A DNA stretch of 62,419 bases, counting the filler, from Stramenopiles sp. TOSAG23-2 (lineage: Eukaryota): NCBI GenBank assembly GCA_900128395.1. It is 7 parts of 7 records of this genome, joined end to end, with 100 filler letters (N's around TTAATTAATTAA, not from the genome) between each part and the next. Parts side by side here need not be neighbours in the genome. Positions count along the whole stretch, not along the records: positions 1 to 11,781 come from LT649899.1; positions 11,882 to 23,661 come from LT649900.1; 5 more parts are not named here. One strand, 5' to 3'. Positions 1 to 12,123 of this stretch are shown in pieces; the stretch's first letter is position 1; each line of letters opens with the position of its first letter. The position numbers and the translations under genes were made by a program. The notes under the pieces are model-generated. The model was not told where the DNA came from and did no database searches. It saw only the letters and a list, made by a program, of their open reading frames with translations.

Positions 1-96
1 AGGTTTTTGTGTTTGGTGGTTGTAAATTGTACGTATAGCTCATGATGATGGGGTGGAAGACACGAAAAGAGGTCTAAGGAGAGAGAGAGAGAGAGA

Positions 97-598
97 CGGG
101 GAGAACAGGGAGGCGAAGAGTGAATGTAGATCGAGAAGATGTACTTTTAAAAATCATATATACTGATATGCATTAAAAATTACGACGTATTTTTTCTCAA
201 AAAAAAGATATACGTTCGTAAAAAAATATAAATTAAATTTAAAATAACAAAATGCACCAATCACAAACCCTGTTTTTATCAGGAGCTATACGTACATTTT
301 ACACCCAACACTACGCGTACACATTCACACATTACACATTCACACATTCGGGGAGAACAGGGAGGCGAAGAGTGAATGTAGATCGAGAAGATGTACTTTT
401 AAAAATCATATATACTGATATGCATTAAAAATTACGACGTATTTTTTCTCAAAAAAAAGATATACGTTCGTAAAAAAATATAAATTAAATTTAAAATAAC
501 AAAATGCGTGTGTAAATCCTGTTTTTATCAGGAGCTATACGTACATTTTACACCCAACACTACGCGTACACATTCACACATTACACATTCACACATTC
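97..598. repeat. Tandem duplication, ~252-bp unit x2
   Basis: CGGGGAGAACAGGGAGGCG...CACACATTC at 97-348 and 349-598; copies differ in one short internal patch. Confidence 0.9.
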
Positions 599-654
599 TA
601 CGATCTTCCGCGCGACTCACTTATTCATCGCAGTCAACGCAGCTTTCTTCGCTT

Positions 655-780
655 TATCCACAACTAGCGGATATGGTACGTGAAAAAATCGATGAAGCAT
701 TTAAAGATCATATTAATATGGATGCGATTGAAGATTCATTTTATGATGTAATTAATATTTCCATACGTGTTTTAGCTTTT
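655..780 (+). pseudogene. Isolated gene fragment resembling an internal segment of VPS53
   Basis: PQLADMVREKIDEAFKDHINMDAIEDSFYDVINISIRVLA recalls the Vps53 pattern QLeekikEKid..f...inm....D.F..vIs.si..L; no rest of the gene nearby. Confidence 0.35.
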
Positions 781-1026
781 CATAACAAATAGAGTTTTGA
801 GGAGAGAGATTTACAATTATTCCTGCATTTGGTTTTTAAAATTATTTTAAGATTTTCAATATTAAAAAATTAAAAAAAAGTTATTTTTTATTTTTAATAA
901 AGCATCTCCATATTTACTCTCACATGTACACACTATCCTGATATCATTTGGTACGAATGGTGTCTATCATCGCCGAAGCAGCCATTTCCAAATGACTCAT
1001 ATCGGCAGGACTCATTTTATATAGAT

Positions 1027-1347
1027 TTTGTTTCTCATAATTACTATTAAGTGGAATTGTTTGATACTTTTCATTCAAAATTACCAAATTATATAACATG
1101 TTTTAGTGAAAATGTAATGTTATAAGTGTATCATTCTCTTTCCTCGTTCAAAGTGATGTATATCCAGTTATCGACGTTATCATTGATTTGTTTCTCATAA
1201 TTACTATTAAGTGGAATTGTTTGATACTTTTCATTCAAAATTACCAAATTATATAACATGTTTTAGTGAAAATGTAATGTTATAAGTGTATCATTCTCTT
1301 TCCTCGTTCAAAGTGATGTATATCCAGTTATTGACGTTATCATTGAT
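1027..1347. repeat. Tandem duplication, 160-bp unit x2
   Basis: TTTGTTTCTCATAATTACTATTAAGTGG starts at 1027 and 1187; one visible TCGACG/TTGACG difference. Confidence 0.9.
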
Positions 1348-1448
1348 GGCGTGCTATCTCTTAGTAGAACTAACTAAGTTTCATATTTAAAATATGCATT
1401 ATTCTTTTAAACTTAATAATATATAGTGAGTGACAACTATCAAAGAAA

Positions 1449-1692
1449 AAATATTGAAGTTTTATTATAATTTAAATTCAAATATTTGAAATAATAAATA
1501 GAACTTTTATTTGTAATAATATAGATTTTAACAATTTATATCATGACTAATACATTTATATGTAAGTGTTAAATATTGAAGTTTTATTATAATTTAAATT
1601 CAAATATTTGAAATAATAAATAGAACTTTTATTTGTAATAATATAGATTTTAACAATTTATATCATGACTAATACATTTATATGTAAGTGTT
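1449..1692. repeat. Tandem duplication, 122-bp unit x2
   Basis: AAATATTGAAGTTTTATTATAA starts at 1449 and 1571. Confidence 0.9.
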
Positions 1693-1989
1693 ATTAGTCG
1701 ATTGCATATATGTGAAATGGCAGCCAGAATTTCTTATCTTCGTTTGGATGAAACCAAAAAAACAATATGCTCTCTGCTTAATTTTCAATAAACAAACCTT
1801 GATAATTTAAAAATTGAATTTATTTATATAGTATAATTCTTTTTACATTTATAATAGTTAAACGTCAAAATGGTCTGGTGTATTGATGATGCATGTATAA
1901 AGTATAAGAGTGTGTGAGGTTTTGTACATAATGAGTTTGTTGTATATTAACATATATTTGTATTATTTTTTTATATTTTTATGATTTTT

Positions 1990-2853
1990 TTATAATTCAC
2001 TCTTCCGTTTTCCACCTTTTGAACGTATAAGATCAATGATCTTTTGTTTAATTGGACTTTTATTAATATATGCATAGTCCAGGGGAGTGGATCCCGAGTA
2101 CCCCTTCTTATTAATGCTATTAAGAGACATATGAGTTAATAAGAACTCAATCAACTTCGTATCCTTTTTGTTATTAGCTGCTGCTAAATGTAATGCATTC
2201 GATCCATAAATATTTGCAATATTAGGATCAGCTTCACCTTGTTCAATTAAATATTTAACTACTTGGAAATGTTCGTATCTTGCAGCTGCCATTAAAGGTG
2301 TACGATCATCACCATCACTAGTTTTACCGACTTGATTCACGTATTCTTTCAATGTCATATTATTATTATTATTACCATTACTACCATTCACATCATTATT
2401 ACGCCCTGTAATCAATACTTTCACATCCTCCAAACGTCCTTTTTCACATGCACATACTAATGGCGTTTTGCGTGGAAATTCTTCTTTGTATTTAATCTTT
2501 AATTTATCTGAACGACCGAATCGAATATCATTTTCATCACCACTACCTTTACTAATTAAATACTTCAACACATCATCATTATCGTTTCCACCATTGTATG
2601 CTAAAAGATAGGTTAACGATTTATTACCTTCCGTATCTTGTAAATATGCATTGACATCTTGACCTAATTCATCAATCAATACTTTCGCATTTTCAAGTGA
2701 TAATATACCTTTTTTACACCCATTCAATAATGCTGGTTTACCATATTCGGTTTCTATCATGACTTTTTTTAAATTTGCGGTAGTAGCTTCTACACGAGCT
2801 AAGACAATATCAGTATCATTACCACTACCTTTACTAACTAAATACTTCAACAC
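1990..2853 (-). CDS. Ankyrin-repeat protein (5' end uncertain, no ATG)
   Basis: TPLVCACEKG, TPLMAAARYEHFQVVKYLIEQGEADPN, NALHLAA, TPLDYA; internal repeated module GGNDNDDVLKYL(V/I)SKGSG; close paralogue at 47494-47950. Confidence 0.85.
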   Translation of the reverse strand: MLKYLVSKGSGNDTDIVLARVEATTANLKKVMIETEYGKPALLNGCKKGILSLENAKVLIDELGQDVNAYLQDTEGNKSLTYLLAYNGGNDNDDVLKYLISKGSGDENDIRFGRSDKLKIKYKEEFPRKTPLVCACEKGRLEDVKVLITGRNNDVNGSNGNNNNNMTLKEYVNQVGKTSDGDDRTPLMAAARYEHFQVVKYLIEQGEADPNIANIYGSNALHLAAANNKKDTKLIEFLLTHMSLNSINKKGYSGSTPLDYAYINKSPIKQKIIDLIRSKGGKRKSEL

Positions 2854-3319
2854 ATCATCATTATCGTTTCCACCAACTAACTATTTATCTAACTAGTTAA
2901 CTGATAATTTATACAACGTAAACCAATCAATTCGTAATGTAAACCAAATTGTAAGTGTGAACCAAAATCTTAATCAATCAAATCTTTCTTTCTTTTCTTT
3001 TCTTTTCTTTCTTTTCTCTTCCATCGATGTTGTCCACATCTCATCTTCCTATCTATCTATATATATGTTTGTAGATAACAGATAACAATAAATACAAATA
3101 TATATGGATTTTTAGATACCAATTCATACATCCATGGAGTACAAATGGATGAACATCATTAACAATAATAACAATAATAAAATATGTTAACACACTACAA
3201 ATGAGATGTTTATTAATACGGATATTTATATTTTACGATTGTAGCATTATCCAATTTTTGGAAGAAATAGCTCTTAAATGTGGCCCCATTTAAAAAAAGA
3301 CCAGAAATCGTTACAAAAA

Positions 3320-3817
3320 ACAAGATGTACTTCTTGTATACTAGAGCCTAATATTGTTCTATTAAATATTCAACGTAAAAAAAGCTGCACAAGATGTACT
3401 TCTTGTATACTAAAGCCTAAAATTGTTCTATCAAATATTCAAAACGTAAAAAAAATCAAAAAGCTGCAAATTCTGCAATGCTATCTTCATGTATATGAAA
3501 TGTAATGGTATACCATGGTATATGCCTTGATTATGTAGTGGAATATTAGAGGGGTAAATGGTGTGAAAAATGGTAAATGTAAATGCGATTTGCAAATGCG
3601 ATTGCAAATGCGATTTGCAAATGCGATTGCAGGAAAATAAAAAAAGAGATAGAGATGAAGATGTGCAAAAGTCAAAATTAAGTCAAGCAAAAAATATGTA
3701 AATACGACACGCTCGTATGATGTGTGTAAAAGAGCTTAAATATTTTTTTAAGTCAAGCAAAAAATATGTAAATACGACACGCTCGTATGATGTGTGTAAA
3801 AGAGCTTAAATATTTTT
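3320..3817. repeat. Cluster of short tandem repeats (69-bp x2, TGCAAATGCGATT-like units, 70-bp x2)
   Basis: ACAAGATGTACTTCTTGTATACTA at 3320 and 3389; TGCAAATGCGATT-like units ~3580-3630; AGTCAAGCAAAAAATATGTAAATACG at 3681 and 3751. Confidence 0.85.
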
Positions 3818-4106
3818 GAATTCAAAACCATTGAAATGTGTGTACACTCTGTATATTTCACTCAAAATATTTATAACATTTTTGTGTGTAGCCGTGTAGC
3901 CCTCCCTTCTCTCTTCTAGATCTTCTCGTTTTTTTCTCTCTGTCTTTTTCTATGATCTTTCTACTGGATGTTCTATTACACCCCAATATTTTTTCTCTAT
4001 CTATCTGTGCCGGTCCACCCGTATCTTGTGTCTTTCAGGTACAAAATCATTATATCACCTCTCTCTCTCTCTTGCAGAAAAAAAAAACGAACACTCAAAA
4101 AACTCT

Positions 4107-5230
4107 CTAAAACTTTCTTCGCCTACCACCACTCCTACCACCCCTGCCACGATTCATACGATGGTTATATTTTAATGAATTAAATATCCATCTTGCAACG
4201 CGTGTTTTCAATTGAGGTGGTAAAAATGTGAAATAATATATAAACACACTAACTATCACACGTAATGCACCAATCACAAACCCTGGGAAACGCAAGGTTA
4301 CAGCTAATGGAAGGATAGTACTTGCAAAGAATACTTTATGATCGTAAATGAATTTTTTAAATGGTTCCCAATCATTTTTATCACGTATGAATTCAATCGC
4401 AACTAAAGCTTCATCATATAAGGAATCAAAATAATCTTTCACGCCAAACTCGGTAAAGACTTCATACCATTGTTCTGTATACATATTATTATTATTTTGT
4501 GCATAACGATAATCGCGATAGGTTTCTTGATATTGACCTCCACTATAACCAGAACTACTACTACTGCTACTAGTACTAGTAGTTCCTTTATCATCAACAT
4601 ATAAATCATATTCTTTTCGTTTGTTTTTATCTTTTAATATGGAATATGCTTCATTGATTTTTTGAAAATTTATTTTTGCATCTGGTTCCTGGCATAAATC
4701 TGGATGCCATTTCTTTGCTTGTTTGAAATATGCGCGTTTTAACTGTATATATTTATATATATGATGCTTGAAGTTAGTTGTTGTTGTAAGTTGAAACGAT
4801 CATTACCAATGTTACTTACATCTTTATCATTCACATCTTTTGTTACTGCTAATATATCATAATAATTTGTTGATTTTGTAAAAGTTGAAAAATAATGATG
4901 ATTGAATATTAATGGAATATAATGTTGATGTGGATTCAAAAAAAAACGATAATTTGTAATGGGCCCATATGTTGGTCTTTTATTTTGTATTACCATGTGA
5001 TATTTATGTTGCATGGTTGATAGTGTCACATAATTTCGTCGGTGTTGTTGTTGTTCTAGTTGAAAATTAAATGTTGATTTGTCGTTATTATTATTGATAT
5101 TATTATTATTATTATTATCAAACATAGATGATATTGTTGATTGTGTTCTCTGGTGTTGCATAATTTTTCGTGTCTTATTTACATACTTTATTCTCTGTGC
5201 GACCGATCGATAGATACATTGTCGTATCAT
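4107..5230 (-). CDS. DnaJ-domain protein with likely organellar presequence and C-terminal hydrophobic segment; exons 5230-4820 and 4742-4107 (348 aa)
   Basis: Removing a 77-nt GTAAGT...CTAAC...CAG intron (4819-4743) joins NYYDILAVTKDVNDKD to LKRAYFKQAKKWHPD...FQKINEAYSILKDKNKRKEYD, in frame with ORF 4107-4484. Confidence 0.88.
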
Positions 5231-6006
5231 CTTTTCTCAATCTATTTGAATATTTTGTTGTCAGTTGAGTAGATTATTATATATATTATTAATGTCACTT
5301 TTCAATAAATCACAAGTAATTACTAAAAAAAAATGATTGATTTTAAATTTTAAATTCTAAACAAATAAAAATAATATTATATTTTTATAGAATTTCAATG
5401 TGTTGATATCTATCTATCTATCGTGTAGTCTATATCTATATATTATGACACACACGTAACAGTTATGCTTGTTTTGATTGTATATTTATATCTGCATCAC
5501 ATATGTGTGTATTTTTCTATCTATCTATTAGTTCTATAATGAATGATATTTGGATCAGTAAAAGGGAAGGGACAAGGGACTGTGTATTAAAATACAAATA
5601 GAAAACACAATATTTAATACATTACTCTGTGAACAAACACCAGACACGCACACACCGCGCAATCAACTTAACCCCGCCACCAACTAGGGCATCAAACAAT
5701 CACACGCACACACACACGTGTACACGCATCGCCATATATCCTGCTCTCCTCTTGTTCTCTTTTAATGTTTTCTGACAACTTCCAATGTACCAGGTATATT
5801 ATAATGATATTATAATGATATTCAATTCCACTTTATTTTATATAAATAGCTATAAGCCAGCTGATACTGCATCAAATACATATTAATACACACACACACA
5901 CACACACATACACATACGAAGACATTTTTACCTCTTGTGCTATCCTTCAACTCATTCTTAAACGCTCAGTCAAAACATACTGTTCCCCCTACATCACCAC
6001 TACCCC

Positions 6007-9000
6007 CTACCCTCGTTCCAACAATTCAATACGATTTAATAATTCATTTGTTTGTTGTTTATACATTGTTTTCATCGTTAATATATTATCATGTAATTCA
6101 GCAACTTGTTCTTCTTTTTCACCTAATAATTCTAATAATACAAATTGTTTCTTTTTAGTAGCTGCATATTCAGTATTGATCATATCAAAATCATTTTTCC
6201 ATTTATTCACTTCTTCTTTTAATGATGTTGTATGCAATAAATTTTGCGATAATTCATTACGTTCGTTTTCTAAGATACGTAATTGTTTCTTCATATTATT
6301 CATATGACTTCGTTGTTGTCGCATGGTACGTCGTAAACTTAAAATTGGTATTCGTAATGGACCATTACTTTGCGATTCCATAATACGTAAAAAATCTTCA
6401 TCTTCTTTCTCATCATCATCTAAATCATCTAAATCATTGTTATTTGTAATTGATGTTAATACGTTGGATAATAATTTTTGTTGTTGATTATATTGTTTTC
6501 GATCAATATTATTATTCTTTTGCTTACTTTCGTTATTATTATTATTATTATCATCTCCATTCTCAATACCATCATCACCACCACCACTAACTGCATATGC
6601 TAATTTTGCAGCAACCTGCTGTACTTTCTTTGTATTTTCATATTCCAAACGTTGATCATTAAATCTAGTTTCTATATCTACATATTTTTCTTTAAAATTA
6701 TTTAATTCATTTTCCATCATTGTCTTTTCATTAATAGAAAAATCATATTCATTTTGTAATTGTTTTATTTGTTTAGTATAATTATCATTTTCAATTTCTA
6801 ATTCTTTATTTACTTGCATTATTTCTGTTTTTTCATTACTTTCTATTTGTAATTTCAATTCCATATTTTTCAAATTTTCTTTGTACGTATCTAAATCATC
6901 TTTTACTATACGATTTGTTTCTTCCATTTGAATCATTTTGGTCACGTTGGCTTGTAATTTTTGTTCTGCATTTCGTTTTATGGTTTCTGCACGTGCTAAT
7001 TTTGCTTCCGTTGTTGCTAAACGTTGTGTCAATACTTCCTCTGCACTATCCCATGCTTTACCTCGTTCCTCGTGTATTTTTTGCAATGTACGTATTTGTC
7101 GTAACAATGGCTTTGTAGCATTTGTAGCTTCCGTGGATAAATCTTCGTTTCTACGTTCACTTAATTCATTTTTCTCTTTCAATTTATTAATTTGTTCTAA
7201 TAGTTTACCTTCCCTTTCTGCACTTTTACGTTCTGTATCATTCACCACTTTCCGTAAGGATTCAATAGTTTTTTGTTGTGCTTCTTCTTTTTCTTTCATT
7301 TCAATTGCTATTGTACTATGCTCGTTCAAATGTTCATTTGATTCTTTTTGTTTTTCTTTATATTCATTCAATTCATTGGTAACAGTTCGTAAATTGATAC
7401 TTTCATTTTTTAAATTTTCAATCGATGTTTCCAATGAAAGTTTTAATTCTTCATTTTCAGTAACTTTAGTATCGTATTTTGTTTGTAATTGATCGTGTTT
7501 CTTTTGTATTGTTTTAATCATACTTTCATTTTCATCAAATTTTGCTTCATTTTCCGCCATTTTTAAATTATTCAATTGTAACTTCTTTTGCATCGCTTTC
7601 ATACGAGCTTCCATTGCTTGGTATTCATCATTTGCATCGTTATAATCTTTTTTATATTTATTATTGCTTTTCTTTAACTCTTTAATTTGTCCTTCCATTT
7701 TTGATTGTTTTTTGGATAAGGCAACACCTTCCTCCATCAATAATTTACGTTTTTCTTTTTCTTCATTTAATTCATTTTGTAAATCGATGATTTGAATATT
7801 TAATTTTGATGTAGTGGAACTTGTTTCATCTTTCATTTTATTTTTAAATTCAGTATATTCCGTTTGTAACAATTGAAAATTATTTTGTAATGAGCTATAT
7901 TCCTTATTTTTCTTTTTCAATACATCTTCTTGTTCTATTACTTGTGTATTTAAATTATTTGTTGTCGTCGCAAATTTTTCTAATTGTTCTTCACGTTTTT
8001 GTAATGTTTCTTCTAATAAATGAATTTTTGCATGTGATTCTTTCTGTTCTTTTTCAAGTTGTTCATTTAATTGATTGATTTGGTCATGTAATGATGATAT
8101 TTGGTCATGCAATGATGATATTTGATCATTATCTATGGTAGATGTATTGATGATAATAGATGATTGGTTTGTTGTTTCTTGTTCTTCATTAATGTTGTCG
8201 TTGTCGTCTTCGTCCACTTGTTTTGTTACAACGATGGTTTCATCTAAATTCTGTTGTTGTTGTTGTTCTTGTTTCCTTGTCGTATTTTTCTTCTTCTTTT
8301 TTTTTGTTTCTTTTATTGTTAAAATAGTCGAATCATTTAATAATGTACCTTTTGTTTCATTATTATTTCCAATATCCAAACCCGTTGTTGGTTCAACTGT
8401 GATAGGTGTATTATCGTTCTTTCGTGCTTTCAGTTGTGCTTCTTCTTGTTGTTGTTTTGCGGCAAAGTTTTCACGTTGCTTTTTAAATTCAAGTTGTAAT
8501 TGATTTATTTCAGTTGTTAATAAATCATTTTGTTTGATTAAATGTTGATTCTTTATTTCCATTTTTGAAATAATATCATTTTTATCATTAATACTTGTTT
8601 GTAATGTTGTATAATCGATTTTCATATTTTTAATTTGATCCGATAATTTTTGACGTTGTGCACGTGCATCTTTTGCTGCTTGTATTGCTTTATGTAAATT
8701 TTTTTTTAATTTTTCATTTTGTTGTTTTAATTGATTTGTACTTTTTGGTGTTGTTGTTGTTGTTGTGTTTTTTTCGTGTTCATTATTATTATTATTGTTA
8801 TTTGATGATGGAGATTGTGAGGACGATTTATTATTAGTATTAGTATCACTTGATGATTCAATATTATCTGGTGATTTTTTTGTACTTGTTTTTGATGTTT
8901 TTTCTTCTTTTGGTGTTGTTATTTTTAATTTACGCTTTGCATTACTAGGTTTTACTGTGTTTGTATTTGTAGCTGTTGCAGGTTTCTTCTTCTTATTGTT

Positions 9001-9051
9001 TGTGCTTTTTTTAACTGTATGTTCATCTTTTAACCACCAATCCTCATCGTC

Positions 9052-9089
<38 letters not shown>

Positions 9090-9324
9090 TTGATATTGAT
9101 TTAGTAGAAGAAGAAGATGATGAACGTGATATAGATTTCATAGCTGATGATGGTGGAATTGGTGTCATATTACTTTCAAAAAAATCTTCTTTTTTGTTTT
9201 GAGTGTTGTTATTGTTGTTGCTCTTGTCATCAGTAGTTGTTTCATTTTGTTCTAATTCATCAAATGCTTTTTGTGCTGAATCTACTACATTTGAAAGTGT
9301 TTTCCATGGTGTTGACCAGTCCAT
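6007..9324 (-). CDS. TMF1: TMF1/Sgm1-like golgin, long coiled coil
   Basis: LMEEGVALSKKQ, ATKPLLRQIRTLQ and C-terminal LLELLGEKEEQVAEL...MKTMYKQQ match TMF family motifs; first ATG at 9324. Confidence 0.85.
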
Positions 9325-10395
9325 TTTTCGTCGTTTCCTATCACACACACAATATATATATATATATATATATATATACTAGTTATACTATTTATTGTTT
9401 TCACACACACACACAAGTGTTATTAACGAAGGGTACGTATCTATATCTACGGCTGTAACTTGCACTCTCTTATGATCACTCTTACTTTGTCCCCATTCAT
9501 CATTCTATCTATATATACTTGATCGAGATCTTCATATTTATTCAACTTTACGGCATAGCCCTAAGGCCGGGTTTCAAAAATGGCCAAATAATGGCCACGA
9601 GATAGCATCACACAGCACTCACTACAATTTGCTAGCATATACACACCATTAGTAATGCTATTCCATGCTAAGTTCAAAATTGGCCGTACAAGACACACAG
9701 CATGGGCTAAAAAACATCAATAAATTATATCGATACACTATTGGAAAATGGGTCTCACTATTTCCAGTAGCATGACATAGCATTACATCGTATTATATAT
9801 TTAATAAGTAGTAATTAGTCTACATAAAGTACAAGTGGCCATTCGACCAACCCCTACAGGATAATTCTAATAATAGACCGATTTTTTGGGATTGAAATTT
9901 TATTAAGGGTTTTGTATTTTGTATAAAATTTGGTCCTTTTGATAAATAGGCATTTAAGCCCTATTAATATTATATAATATACAATACCTCAAAAATATAC
10001 TTAAGAAGAAGAATTTTCTTCTCTTACCTTTTTGCTCTTTGTTAGGGAGCACCACGGCAAAATATGCTGTATTAACTGTATTAATATGGCATATTCCAAA
10101 AAAGAGGGGATAAAAAAAATAATAATAATAAATTAAAATGAATGAAGATAGAAATAGAAAAACGGGGAACTACATATTAATATACAGGGAAGTGGATTTA
10201 CAATACAAAAGAAGTGAATATAGTATATATAATAGCCTGTAGTAATTCTTTAACACACAAAGTTTTATTCTAATCTTTTTTACAATTAAATTAATTAAAT
10301 AATTATTATCAGCATAATATTTTTCCATATATACCACATTTATTTGTTGTGAGTCTGAATTATCTTGACATATTGTGAGATAGAAGAAATTAAAT

Positions 10396-11175
10396 ATGAG
10401 CTCATACACATTCTCAGAGTGGAGATATAATGTTGGAATTCCCTTTGTGCAAAAGCAATATGAAATATGAAATTTTGATTATAACATATATTGTATTAAT
10501 GTTGATGACATATTCATAGAAGATTTAAATTTATTAAGTGGAGATGGAAAAGACAATTTTAAATATGGTTTGACAAGATTAGATTTGGTAAACAAATTTA
10601 TTAAAGATGTAAATTTAGCAGAGACAAAGATTAAATCTAAATCTAAACATGAAGCATATAATATTATTAGAAAAAAATATTTGAGTATAGTTGAGGATCA
10701 TACAACCGAAATGCTAAAGGCTACACCATCACATGCTGACATTAAGAAAAGAAAAGTATTGCAACTAGAAATTGATAAGGGATCTCATACAATGACCATA
10801 AGTGTATTAAATAATAATGCAAACAAAGTAATACAATTAACAAAACAAATGGAAGGAGCTATTACAAATATATTACCAATTGTCAAAAACAATGAAAGTG
10901 ATATATGTAGAGTTACAATTTTATCCCCAAACTTATTGAATGTAGCTGGCCCTGGATATGTACAACATTGAAATATAGATTTATCATTGCAAAAACAAAC
11001 AAAATGGCAGCAACAGTCTGAAATAGTTTATATTCAATTCAAAAATACATGACTAAATTATTATCTGCATTTATTGTTTGCTTGCTGGCCAGAATTATTG
11101 AATATTAGCTTAGATGTTTCTGCACCATCTGGGGCTTGTGGTGGAGTGTTGATTGTTGATGATATTAGATATTAG
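10396..11175 (+). pseudogene. Relic ORF of unknown family interrupted by three in-frame TGA codons
   Basis: Single frame ATG 10396 to TAG 11173-11175 with only TGA interruptions (EI*NF, QH*NI, NT*LN); one CpG counted in ~780 bp. Confidence 0.5.
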
Positions 11176-11781
11176 TGTTTCTTTCTGAGCATCGTGTGTT
11201 CCGACTAGTCCCAAAACATTCTTACGAATAGGTTCTTACTATAAAACAACAATTGATAAGTTAAAAATTATGAATCACTTAAAATTACTAACTAAATATA
11301 ACTAATAATAAAGTAAATAATATGTAATAATTAAGGTACTTGAAAGAATAATAATAATTGAATAAATAGACATAATATAATGGAAAATGATACATAGATA
11401 TAATACTATCTTTAGGAACTATAATTACTCTAAGAATACATATAAAATAGAAACAAGAGAAGCGTCACTTCGTATGAGTGTGAGGTAAGCCAGCTCATGT
11501 CTTACACTCAAGTAGGCTGTTAGTTTATAAACGGACATCTATCAAAATAGCAGGTATACATCACTAAGCGCCTCATTTGGACTTTTTTTTTAAAAATTAG
11601 CATGGAGATAGGCCGTAAAACTGCCCCAACTTGGTACTTATAAAGGGTGTCCTTTTTAAATACCCGCAATATCAGGTTAGCGTTACATTTTACAAGAGCA
11701 AAATTCAAGGGACCGTGAAAATATAATGGCATACTTTATATGAATTAGCATGGGATAGCATTGAAAATAAATAAAATCACC

Positions 11782-11881
11782 NNNNNNNNNNNNNNNNNNN
11801 NNNNNNNNNNNNNNNNNNNNNNNNNTTAATTAATTAANNNNNNNNNNNNNNNNNNNNNNNNNNNNNNNNNNNNNNNNNNNN
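11782..11881. other. Artificial contig linker N44-TTAATTAATTAA-N44 (also 23662-23761, 35531-35630, 47394-47493, 59246-59345, 60833-60932)
   Basis: Identical 100-nt spacer with stops in all six frames; flanking contigs of near-equal length (11781, 11780, 11769, 11763, 11752, 1487, 1487). Confidence 0.98.
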
Positions 11882-12123
11882 CATATGTCATTAATTTTGG
11901 AACAGGTTGTTTTACCAGTATCAAAATCTAATGCATCTACTGAGATGACACCGGAGAAGAAGAAGAAGAAGACGATGACGAGTATGTATCGAGATAATAA
12001 TAATACAACATCGTTTACAAGTGACATAGATACAACAAGAGACATCAGCAACCATAAAAAATGATGCAGAAAGAAAAAAGAATTTCAACAATGCTCATGT
12101 AACAAAAAAAGCGAAAGAAGAAA

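Noticed and set aside
3320-3817. CRISPR-like array
   Set aside because: Plain tandem repeats without unique spacers; no cas genes; eukaryotic context
6915-9202. Many antisense and overlapping ORFs rich in L/S/F (also within CPSF1, ABC1, the PCIF1 fusion and Kelch genes)
   Set aside because: Shadow frames of real genes and of AAT/GAT low-complexity tracts
11782-11881. TTAATTAATTAA motif recurring every ~11.8 kb
   Set aside because: Artificial six-frame-stop linker within N runs; the periodicity reflects similar contig lengths
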